From positions 96,001-160,000 of the forward strand of contig JBKBWQ010000001.1 in assembly GCA_046314355.1 (NCBI GenBank): a DNA stretch of 64,000 bases. The letters run 5' to 3'. The position numbers and the translations under genes are program-made. Within the stretch, counting starts at the first letter, position 1. Each line of letters begins with the position of its first letter. Origin of the DNA: Candidatus Altimarinota bacterium (GTDB taxonomy: Bacteria > Patescibacteriota > Gracilibacteria > 1-14-2-50-48-13). Shown piece by piece: positions 55,820 to 64,000 of the stretch. Under the pieces are notes generated by a model. It did no database searches. It was not told where the DNA came from and was given only the letters and a program-made list of their open reading frames with translations.

Positions 55820-56654
55820 GCTGAAGACGGTAAGCGGTTAGAGCATTTTTTATAAGCATACACACAGTTCCTGGACCAACTCCTCCGGGTACTGGGGCAT
55901 ATGCTTTGACTTTATTTTGTATATTCTCAGTATCAATATCACCTACGGCTTTGCCGTCACAGAAAGTGCATCCTACGTCAATAGTGACCGCGCTATCCTT
56001 GATCATATCTTCTGTGATCAGCTTTGGATTACCTGTAGCTGCTATGACAATGTCTCCGCTTAGGGTAATATCTTTTAATCCCTGTGTCTTGCTATTGCAA
56101 ACTGTTACGGTTGCACCTCGATTGATAAGTTCTACAGAGAGAGGTTTCCCTACAATATTGCTTCTTCCTATGATTACTGCATGTTTTCCTTCTACAGGGA
56201 TATTATACATTTCTAGTAGTTCTACAATCGCACGGGCGGTAGCAGGTGGAAGATACTCACCTGCTCCAAGAAAAAGTCTTCCAATATTGAGCGGATGAAA
56301 GCCATCGATATCTTTCTTCGGGGCAATTCTTTCAATGAGAGCCTGGCTATTAAGATGCTTTGGAAGAGGCATCTGTATAATATAACCAGTCATAGTCTGA
56401 TCGGCATTTAACTGATCCACAAGCTCCTCTAATTCTTCCTGTGTAATTGAAGTCTCTTTCTGAATAAGTACAAAATCATATCCTACTGACTCCGCAGCCT
56501 GCTGTTTTTTTCGAATATATGAAAGGGAAGCAGGATTATCTCCCACTAGTATGACGGCTATTTTGATATGCAGCTGTTCCTTTTCTACTACCTCACGTAT
56601 TTGAGTGAGTACCTTATCAGAAAAAGGTTTTCCAGCAATTTTTATAGGTTCCAT
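55809..56654 (-). CDS. folD: Methylenetetrahydrofolate dehydrogenase/cyclohydrolase
   Basis: VGDNPASLSYIRKK, QMPLP, KDIDGFHP, GRSNIVGKP, PVPGGVGP. Confidence 0.96.
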   Translation of the reverse strand: MEPIKIAGKPFSDKVLTQIREVVEKEQLHIKIAVILVGDNPASLSYIRKKQQAAESVGYDFVLIQKETSITQEELEELVDQLNADQTMTGYIIQMPLPKHLNSQALIERIAPKKDIDGFHPLNIGRLFLGAGEYLPPATARAIVELLEMYNIPVEGKHAVIIGRSNIVGKPLSVELINRGATVTVCNSKTQGLKDITLSGDIVIAATGNPKLITEDMIKDSAVTIDVGCTFCDGKAVGDIDTENIQNKVKAYAPVPGGVGPGTVCMLIKNALTAYRLQHVS

Positions 56655-56666
56655 TAACTGTAGGTT

Positions 56667-57542
56667 TTAAGAGCGGAATTCTTTTACTATTTCGATATTA
56701 TCCATTGGCCAGAAGAGCTGAAATACTGAAGGATTTCTCATATGTGCCGCTGCTTGACTAAAAGGCCAGAATACAAACCAGGCTTTTCCAATAATATTTG
56801 CTTTTGGTACAAAATGAATTGATGCATCATCCGTACATGCACGGTCATTCTGAGCGCCAAAACAGCTTCTCGAATCAGAGGAATGATCACGGTTGTCACC
56901 CATAACATAGTATTCTCCAGGCTTCACAGTAAAACTCTTTTTTTCCATACTTCTATAGTTGCAGATCCCTCTCTCACGGCTTGAAAGATCATTTGCCTGA
57001 TGCTGAGCCACACACTTTGTATATGGTTCTTCAAGAAGCTTACCATTGAGATATACATTATTGTTCTCATAGGATACAGTATCACCAGGCACACCGATGA
57101 TACGTTTGATATAGTACTCAGTTGTGTCGATGGGAGGATGGAAGACAATGACATCCCCACGCTCAGGAGATCCTATCTGATGTCCAAAGATATTTCCGTA
57201 ACCTATACGGTTAACCATGATCAGCTCATGATCCTGAAAAGACTCCTCCATAGAAGCACCGCTTACTATAAAAGGAGATACAACAAAATATTGTAGTGAC
57301 AAATATACGATCATCAAAAGAGATACTTCGATCACCGCATCAATCATCTCAAAAAGAAAGAGTCTTTTCTTTTCTTCCTCTGGTATATCTGTAGGAAGAG
57401 AATCTTCATTTACGATACTTATCTCTGATGCAATATTTTTTGATCTGTCATAGTTCGCAGATTCCTGCGTACTTCCCGTACCTCGCTCATGTGTTCTTTT
57501 TCGGATATCATTAAATTCCTGTAAGTCTTGATTTTCTTTCAT
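56667..57542 (-). CDS. lepB: Signal peptidase I
   Basis: TM then SGASMEES (Ser), YYIKRIIGVPGD (Lys), GDNRDHSSDSR. Confidence 0.93.
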   Translation of the reverse strand: MKENQDLQEFNDIRKRTHERGTGSTQESANYDRSKNIASEISIVNEDSLPTDIPEEEKKRLFLFEMIDAVIEVSLLMIVYLSLQYFVVSPFIVSGASMEESFQDHELIMVNRIGYGNIFGHQIGSPERGDVIVFHPPIDTTEYYIKRIIGVPGDTVSYENNNVYLNGKLLEEPYTKCVAQHQANDLSSRERGICNYRSMEKKSFTVKPGEYYVMGDNRDHSSDSRSCFGAQNDRACTDDASIHFVPKANIIGKAWFVFWPFSQAAAHMRNPSVFQLFWPMDNIEIVKEFRS

Positions 57543-57605
57543 AGCAAATGTAAATAATAGTGCAGGGTCAGTATAGTAGAACTTCTAGTTTTTCTCAACA
57601 CACTT

Positions 57606-58637
57606 GTGAAAAAAGAAACAGATAGCGAACAAGGCAGCAAAAGGAATATACTTTTTTTTACAGGAGATAATCTACCTGCTATTTCAGATGCACTGCATAA
57701 GGAAAAACTAAAATTTATAGAGACTTGCGGAGATTTAAATATCAATGAGTTTCATGTGGATGAAATAGGAGATGCTGGAGAACTAAAGTCCTCTTTATAT
57801 GCTATGCCGTTTTTGAGTGACAAGAGACTTGTAATAATTAAAGGATTTCCTTTTTCTTCAGAATTTGTGGAACAACATAAAAAGGATAGTGCTGAAAAAA
57901 AGAAAAAATTTGATCACATTGAAGAGACTATTCTGCAAGCCTTTACCGATCTTCCGGAGCAAACAATGCTTGTACTCTCATCTCCTCGGCCAGATGGTAG
58001 AAGAAAAGCCTCAAAAGAAACATTAAAAATAGCAAAGGTGCTCTCTTTTTCTGTAGCAGATCTCGTACCATTGATGGAGGAGAGATTTAAGGATGTCTTC
58101 ACGAAGCAGCAGCTTACATATATTTTTCAAAGAGTTGGAGAGAATCCACATGTCTATATTTCATCACTGGAAAAGCTTGCACTCTATTCTGAGACACATC
58201 CTCTTACAAAAGAGGTGATGTTCCGTCTTGTTCCAGCGAGTATTGAAGAGGAAGTATTTTCTTTTATTGAGGTACTTTTTTCCAAAAGAAGACAAGAAGC
58301 TCTTAAAATTTTTGAACAGCTTATTGTCCAAGGAGAAAATATTCTGAAGCTCCTGGGACTTATCGTCTGGCAGCTGGAACAGGTCTTTTTTGTGAAAGAA
58401 CTTATGGAAAGGCGGATTCAAAGACAGGAAATATTGGATATCACAGGCATTAAACCATTTTCATATCAGAAGGTGTTGCCTCTTGCTCAGAAGGTAAGCC
58501 TAAAAGATATAGCAAAGCTTTATGAAAGCCTGGTACATTTTGACCGTAAACTAAAAAATGGAACAATCCAGATGGAAAGAGATGTGCCCACAGAAGTAAT
58601 TCAAGGATTTAGCGAAGTAATTCTAAAGGTCTTTTAG
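57606..58637 (+). CDS. holA: DNA polymerase III delta subunit
   Basis: MPFLSDKRLVIIK, LEKLALY, VFSFIE, DRKLKNG. Confidence 0.85.
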   Translation: MKKETDSEQGSKRNILFFTGDNLPAISDALHKEKLKFIETCGDLNINEFHVDEIGDAGELKSSLYAMPFLSDKRLVIIKGFPFSSEFVEQHKKDSAEKKKKFDHIEETILQAFTDLPEQTMLVLSSPRPDGRRKASKETLKIAKVLSFSVADLVPLMEERFKDVFTKQQLTYIFQRVGENPHVYISSLEKLALYSETHPLTKEVMFRLVPASIEEEVFSFIEVLFSKRRQEALKIFEQLIVQGENILKLLGLIVWQLEQVFFVKELMERRIQRQEILDITGIKPFSYQKVLPLAQKVSLKDIAKLYESLVHFDRKLKNGTIQMERDVPTEVIQGFSEVILKVF

Positions 58638-58651
58638 ACCATACGTTTTTG

Positions 58652-58701
58652 ATATAAAAAGAAAGAGCAGATCAATATAAGTCAGCTCTTTCTTTTTATA
58701 T
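58652..58701. terminator. Bidirectional intrinsic terminator
   Basis: 17-bp IR ATATAAAAAGAAAGAGC/GCTCTTTCTTTTTATAT. Confidence 0.8.
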
Positions 58702-58711
58702 TTTCAGAAGG

Positions 58712-59518
58712 TTACCCCGTGATTTTTGGAAGCTTCTTTGTAAAGAGATATACGGCAAAAGCCATACCTACAATTGCTCCATACTGATTGATGGTGACAT
58801 CAAAAAGACGCATAATATTGTCATTTCCTCTTAGGAATTCTATAAGAAAACTCTGAAGTGAAAGAAGGAATAGTCCTAGAGTTCCCACAACACCATCTAC
58901 TTTTACTTTTTTAGATATTTCAAAAAGTATAAAGAATATGATCAAGCTTACGATTGCTCCGTAGAGCTGGATCGGATGTATCGGAATGATGTAGCTTGCT
59001 GCTGCATAAGAATAGTTTGGATCCCCTGTAAAAAGCAGCCCGGGAAATGAAGGTGAAGGTTTTCCTACGAAATATCCTCCAAGAAAACTTCCTATATAGC
59101 CAAATACGAAGGCAAGACTGAGAGAAGGAAGGATAACATCCATCCATTTCAGAAGAGGCTCAGCATGTTTTTTTGCGTAAAAGTAGAACAGCAGAGTAAA
59201 AGCTATGAGACCTCCTATGACGTAGAACTGCTCGATATTGAAAAGATATTTGAATACAGCAAAGTAGTCTCCTTGTCCGATACTGGACATGATGTATGTC
59301 CAAAGAACATCATAATTAAATATCCAATAGAGCAGTTTTGCTCCAAGAATAGTTGAGAGAAAAAGTGAGAAAATATGATTAGAAAAGAACTCCATTTCGA
59401 GTCCTTTTTTATGTGTCAGCTTCACTAGCACAACCATGAATACTACAAAAGCTATAGTCAAAAAAAGCCCAAAGGACGTGATAATGATATTATTATAATG
59501 AAGCAGAATAGGGTACAT
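58712..59518 (-). CDS. lgt: Prolipoprotein diacylglyceryl transferase family protein (divergent)
   Basis: MYPIL, ILGAKL, HPIQLY, IEFLRG, INQ; several signature residues altered. Confidence 0.75.
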   Translation of the reverse strand: MYPILLHYNNIIITSFGLFLTIAFVVFMVVLVKLTHKKGLEMEFFSNHIFSLFLSTILGAKLLYWIFNYDVLWTYIMSSIGQGDYFAVFKYLFNIEQFYVIGGLIAFTLLFYFYAKKHAEPLLKWMDVILPSLSLAFVFGYIGSFLGGYFVGKPSPSFPGLLFTGDPNYSYAAASYIIPIHPIQLYGAIVSLIIFFILFEISKKVKVDGVVGTLGLFLLSLQSFLIEFLRGNDNIMRLFDVTINQYGAIVGMAFAVYLFTKKLPKITG

Positions 59519-59667
59519 AAGTGAGATTACTAGTAAAGTCGTTCTCTATATTTGCAGGCACTATAGATCTTTCTTATTCAAAAGTCAAAAATGAGTGATT
59601 GACGAAAATTTTCCTTGCAAAGAGTTACAGCTGTTTTAGACTAGAGCTACTATATTTAAATATATTT

Positions 59668-62600
59668 ATGAGTCTGCCCTTTGAAGAACGTTTAGAAAAA
59701 CTCAATGAAGCCCAGCGGTTAGCAGTCGAAACAATTGAAGGACCAGTCATGGTAGTGGCTGGACCAGGATCAGGAAAAACCGAACTCTTGAGTCTCAGAG
59801 TAGCAAATATCTTAAATAAAACGGATACTTTGCCAGGATCTATTTTATGTCTGACCTTTACTGAATCAGGAGCAGTGAATATGAGAAAACGGCTTGCAGG
59901 TCTCATTGGGAATGCAGCATACCATGTAGCAATTCATACTTTTCATAGCTTTGGTACAGAAGTAATAGGACAGAATAGAGAATATTTTTACCAGGGGGCT
60001 GAGTTTAACCCTGCAGATGAGATAGTAAAAATGGAAGTACTGCATGATATCTTTGAAAATCTCCGTTTTGATAATCCTCTGAAGTCTAAGCATCCTGAAC
60101 AGGGATATGTATATCTTGAAGGCGTAAAGTCACGTATTACTGATTTAAAAAAAGGCGGTTTAAAACCTGAAGAATTCAAAGATATACTTGAAGCGAATAA
60201 GATTTTCCTTGAGATGACAGGTCCTATTCTTAGCAGCTTTTTTGGAGAAAGGATTTCAAAAGCTATTATAGATAAGATGCCGGGACTCGTAGCACAGATC
60301 GCAGAAATGCCTGTCAAAAATGCAGTCAGATCCGATATTTTTCCAAGTCTGAGAGAAGTGGTGCTTGAGAGTTTTCGCCCACTGCTTACTGCGGACTCTA
60401 CGAAACCTTTTACTGAATGGAAGAAAAAGTACTTGGTAAAGGATAAAGATGGAGTAAATATTTTAAAGGATCAGAAAAATCTTGAGAAATTCTTTGCCCT
60501 TAGTGAAATCTATCAAAGTTACCAGGAAGAACTTCATAAAAGAGGCTATTTTGATTTTGATGATATGCTTCTTGATACCGCAAGCGCGTTAGAAATGCAT
60601 GCAGACTTTAGACTCGCACTTCAGGAAAAGTATCTCTATATACTGGTAGATGAATTTCAAGATACAAATGGAGTTCAGATGAGGCTTCTGGATAATCTTT
60701 TAAATATGGAACTCTCCGGCGGAAGACCGAATATTCTTGCAGTTGGGGATGATGATCAGGCGATTTTTAAATTTCAGGGGGCAAATCTTGAAAATATTTT
60801 AGGATTTCACAAAAAATTTAGAGATCCAACTTTTATTACCTTGATTCATAATTACAGATCAACACAAGCGATCTTAGATCTCGCTAGAAAAGTGATCCTG
60901 CAGGGAGAAGATAGATTGGAGATGCATATGCCTGATGTTGCGAAAACTCTGATTTCATCAAATAGCACGTTACCTGAGGGATATATTAAAGAGCAGAATT
61001 TTCAGACAATCCTCCATGAACTGATCTGGGTAGCGGAAGAAATCAAACGTAAGATAGAGATAGAAAAAGTAAATCCAAGCGAAATAGCCGTGATTGCAAG
61101 AAAGCATGGAAATCTGAAAGATATAGTGCGTATTCTTGAACTCTATAAGATACCTATTTCTTATGAAAGAAAGCAGAACGTATTTGATCAGCCACATATC
61201 CAGCAGCTCATATGCATGATCAGATATATAGATAGTTTGATGAAGGTAGGTGACGCACCTGCAGATGAGTATCTTCCTCAAATTCTGAGTTATGACTTCT
61301 GGCAGATCGATGAACTCACTATATGGGAATTGTCCCGTAAGGCTCATGATGAGAGAAAACCTTGGATAAGCATTATGCTTGCCTCAGAAAATCAAAAACT
61401 TCAAGATATAGCTAAATTTTTTATTAAGCTGAAAAAAGATTCTGCCTCTGAAACAGCAGAAACTATTATAGATTGTCTGTTGGGAGTAGCGGAAAGTCCT
61501 GAGGACGAAGACGGAGAGATAGACGAAAACCCCAAGGAGGTGTGTGAACCGCTGGAAAATAATAATTTTTCTAGTCCCTATAAAGAATATTATTTCAATG
61601 AAAGAAAATTTGAAACTGCGAGAGAAGAATATCTGACTTTTCTTTCCAATCTTCAAACATTTATCAACAAAATCAGAAGTCACCGGAAAAAAGAAGTACT
61701 CTCTATCACAGATATTGTAGCATTTGTGGATCTGCATCAGCAGTATAGAATTCCCGTTACAGATACAAGTCCCTTTAATACAAGTACACATGCTGTACAG
61801 CTTCTCACTGCCCATAAGGCAAAGGGACTGGAGTTTGATACAGTGTTTGTGATCTCATGTATAGAAGAATGCTGGATTGAAAAAGCCAGAGGTCAGACTG
61901 TGGGTCTCCCAAGTAATCTGCCCCTTATCCCTGAGTCAGATACAGTAGATGATAAGCTTCGTCTTTTCTTCGTGGCAATCACACGTGCAAAGTGCAACCT
62001 TTATCTTACCTATCACGATTTTGCGCTCAACGGCAAAGAGACTATGAAGCTAAGATTTATACAGGACACTCATGAAGAAAAAGGAAAAAGAGAAAAGCTT
62101 GGTGAAGAACAGATGAGTCTCATGCTTCAAGGAGCAATGGCAAACTTGGATATTGATAAGAAAAAAGTATTGGAGACTTGGTTCTTTATGCAGAGTGCGA
62201 AGCCTCTTGAAAATGATAAAATGGAGCTTTTAAGAAATGTCCTGAAAGACTATAAAATGAGTGTGACTCACCTCAATAATTTTCTTGATGTAACACACGC
62301 AGGTCCGCAAGTCTTCCTTGAGCAGAACCTTCTGCAGTTCCCAAAGAGCAAAAATAAAAGTGCTTCCTACGGTACTGCGATGCATGCAGCGATTCAGAAT
62401 TTCTATCAGGAGTTTAAAAGAACTCGAATTTTACCGCCACTATCCTTGCTTCTCAAAGAGTTTGAAAACTGTCTGAAAAATCAGAGACTCAACGAAAAAA
62501 ACTATAAAGAGATGCTTGAAAAGGGTATATCTATGCTGGAAGTGTATTATGAAAACAGAAAAAATTTCTTTGACTGGAAGGATCTCCTGGAGGTCAACTT

Positions 62601-63051
62601 TGCCTCTCAGGGAGTCAAAATCGGTGATGCAGAGATCACTGGAAAGATAGATAAGATGCATATTGATGAGGCTACCCATCAGATAGGAGTGTATGATTTC
62701 AAAACAGGAAAATGTTTCTTTGACTGGAATACGAGGGGAAATCCTTTTGATGAAGTAAAGCTTTGGAAATACAGACAGCAGCTGCTGTTTTATAAAGTAC
62801 TTGTAGAAAATTCAAGCCGCTTTGCAAAGAATTACCGTGTAGATCATGGGTATCTCGAGTTCTTAGAATGTGATCACAAAAAACGGATAGCTTTATTGGA
62901 ATGGAGTATTAGTGACGAGGAAGTAGAGAAGATGAAGAAACTTATTCAGGTAGTGTATGAGAAGATTATGAATTTGGACTTTCCTGATGTGAGTGGATAT
63001 GAAAAGAATATGAAAGGAATAACGAAATTTATGGAAGATTTACTTGGGTAA
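59668..63051 (+). CDS. UvrD/PcrA-family helicase fused to a C-terminal PD-(D/E)XK nuclease (AddA/AdnB-like)
   Basis: AGPGSGKT, DEFQD, VGDDDQAIF, NYRS, TAHKAKGLEF, FVAITRAK; GKIDK..YDFKTG..QLLFY; start moved to MSLPFE. Confidence 0.93.
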   Translation: MSLPFEERLEKLNEAQRLAVETIEGPVMVVAGPGSGKTELLSLRVANILNKTDTLPGSILCLTFTESGAVNMRKRLAGLIGNAAYHVAIHTFHSFGTEVIGQNREYFYQGAEFNPADEIVKMEVLHDIFENLRFDNPLKSKHPEQGYVYLEGVKSRITDLKKGGLKPEEFKDILEANKIFLEMTGPILSSFFGERISKAIIDKMPGLVAQIAEMPVKNAVRSDIFPSLREVVLESFRPLLTADSTKPFTEWKKKYLVKDKDGVNILKDQKNLEKFFALSEIYQSYQEELHKRGYFDFDDMLLDTASALEMHADFRLALQEKYLYILVDEFQDTNGVQMRLLDNLLNMELSGGRPNILAVGDDDQAIFKFQGANLENILGFHKKFRDPTFITLIHNYRSTQAILDLARKVILQGEDRLEMHMPDVAKTLISSNSTLPEGYIKEQNFQTILHELIWVAEEIKRKIEIEKVNPSEIAVIARKHGNLKDIVRILELYKIPISYERKQNVFDQPHIQQLICMIRYIDSLMKVGDAPADEYLPQILSYDFWQIDELTIWELSRKAHDERKPWISIMLASENQKLQDIAKFFIKLKKDSASETAETIIDCLLGVAESPEDEDGEIDENPKEVCEPLENNNFSSPYKEYYFNERKFETAREEYLTFLSNLQTFINKIRSHRKKEVLSITDIVAFVDLHQQYRIPVTDTSPFNTSTHAVQLLTAHKAKGLEFDTVFVISCIEECWIEKARGQTVGLPSNLPLIPESDTVDDKLRLFFVAITRAKCNLYLTYHDFALNGKETMKLRFIQDTHEEKGKREKLGEEQMSLMLQGAMANLDIDKKKVLETWFFMQSAKPLENDKMELLRNVLKDYKMSVTHLNNFLDVTHAGPQVFLEQNLLQFPKSKNKSASYGTAMHAAIQNFYQEFKRTRILPPLSLLLKEFENCLKNQRLNEKNYKEMLEKGISMLEVYYENRKNFFDWKDLLEVNFASQGVKIGDAEITGKIDKMHIDEATHQIGVYDFKTGKCFFDWNTRGNPFDEVKLWKYRQQLLFYKVLVENSSRFAKNYRVDHGYLEFLECDHKKRIALLEWSISDEEVEKMKKLIQVVYEKIMNLDFPDVSGYEKNMKGITKFMEDLLG

Positions 63052-63060
63052 AGAAAATAA

Positions 63061-63088
63061 AAAAGATCTCTGATATCAGAGATCTTTT
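63061..63088. terminator. Palindromic bidirectional terminator
   Basis: Perfect 28-bp palindrome AAAAGATCTCTGATATCAGAGATCTTTT between convergent genes. Confidence 0.75.
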
Positions 63089-63103
63089 ATTAGTATGATG
63101 TTT

Positions 63104-63340
63104 TTATTTAGTGTTTTTTTCTAAATTACTAGATTTCTCTAATGATTTAGATTTTTTATTAGCGATTTCCTTTCGTAACAGAACTTGTAGTTCAGTTACA
63201 GCCTGATGATATTCGGCTACAGTTGGATGATCTTCTTCTTTGGCGGCTTCATAGATTTGTACCACTAGTGGGACCGAAAGAATTAAACCAACAATAATAA
63301 TCACTACTAAAAATTTTTTACTTTCATCTTTGTTTTTCAA
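63104..63340 (-). CDS. Small single-pass membrane protein
   Basis: TTG start preceded by GGAGG; TM FLVVIIIVGLILSVPLVV. Confidence 0.6.
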   Translation of the reverse strand: MKNKDESKKFLVVIIIVGLILSVPLVVQIYEAAKEEDHPTVAEYHQAVTELQVLLRKEIANKKSKSLEKSSNLEKNTK

Positions 63341-63481
63341 TTTACTTCCTCCATATAATGTTTTTGTTTTATACTAAGATACTTATTCTCTAAATATGAG
63401 TCAATAAACATTGTCATAACTATCTAAAGCAGTACTATATAGTAAATTTTAAAATGGTATCTATTAATTACTCTATATATT

Positions 63482-63871
63482 TTGATAGACTTGGATCAAT
63501 TAGATGGAAAGTACTTTGATACTGAAACAAAGAAGCTTATAAATAATTGCAATGCAGCATCCTTCATTAATTCGCACCCTGAGTACACCGCATTGCTGAT
63601 TGAACAAATTCGTATATGCATTAAGAATTCCCTAAATCTTGAGCAGTCTCTCACAGAGTATCCTGGTCTTTATGAGAATCATGACCACGAGCGAGATGAA
63701 AAAAAGAAAGAGAATTCTGTATTAATAGAAGGTGCCTATGAGCTATTTAGTGGATTTCTAACTATAAATGCTCAGCTAACTGCTAATGATATGCTTATAA
63801 AAGAATTAAAAAATACACAATCGCATATATCAGATAGAATTCTTACGGAACTTGATGAGAAATCTAGATAA
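63482..63871 (+). CDS. Hypothetical protein
   Basis: 129-aa ORF with TTG start; no motif recognised. Confidence 0.5.
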   Translation: MIDLDQLDGKYFDTETKKLINNCNAASFINSHPEYTALLIEQIRICIKNSLNLEQSLTEYPGLYENHDHERDEKKKENSVLIEGAYELFSGFLTINAQLTANDMLIKELKNTQSHISDRILTELDEKSR

Positions 63872-63916
63872 TAGCAAAAAAAACCTAGTTGTAAGCACCT
63901 CTATTATAGATATGAC

Positions 63917-63945
63917 AAAAAATACCTTTCGTATGAAAGGTATTT
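63917..63945 (-). terminator. Intrinsic terminator
   Basis: IR AAATACCTTTC/GAAAGGTATTT with a T run on the minus strand. Confidence 0.65.
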
Positions 63946-63952
63946 AGTATTT

Positions 63953-64000
63953 TTACCGGTATTTTTCTTTTACTTTTTTAAGTTTTTCATACTCAGATTC
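63953..64000 (-). CDS. 3' end of a CDS entering from the right edge (...ESEYEKLKKVKEKYR*)
   Basis: Open minus-strand frame ending in TAA just before the terminator. Confidence 0.45.
   Translation of the reverse strand, partial: ESEYEKLKKVKEKYR

Noticed and set aside
1-64000. Stop-codon reassignment (code 25, TGA=Gly) as in Gracilibacteria/Absconditabacteria
   Set aside because: Conserved genes are full length under code 11, and TGA ends genes at the expected C-termini (28028, 40151, 49977, 53120, 55201)

Overview
A 64-kb, AT-rich, densely packed bacterial chromosomal segment read with the standard code (TGA acts as stop). Gene content and style suggest a Patescibacteria/CPR genome, possibly Peregrinibacteria-like; this is inferred from SLH proteins, a TrmB-like HTH, an orphan nucleotidyltransferase, a very long efflux adaptor and rare Shine-Dalgarno sites. 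Housekeeping genes include ruvA, murC, tsaB, rpe, rpiB, recF, leuS, cmk, cca, tig, folD, lepB, holA, an lgt-like gene, a UvrD-nuclease and tRNA-Asp. Other blocks are a PerR-type peroxide operon, two Ca/Na antiporters, an accessory stretch (Fic, YdeI, SGNH, NUDIX, ABC-F, DUF1801), a Wzm/Wzt glycan locus and a MarR-MacAB-like exporter. The best candidate for a new system is an operon of three exported GH99/WbsX-like paralogs: one has an intact catalytic motif plus SLH anchors, and two are degenerate and fused to an SGNH esterase or a CBM-like domain. Other highlights are an unannotated Thr-rich uORF/hairpin/terminator leader before the ABC-F gene, a palindromic 13-bp repeat array between back-to-back promoters, a stand-alone double RNAP alpha-CTD protein, an NCKX-signature exchanger, a structured leader before tig, CU-rich tracts before start codons and several apparent pseudo-enzymes. 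No CRISPR array, rRNA, integrase or transposase was seen. All calls come from motif recognition by eye; no searches or folding programs were run.
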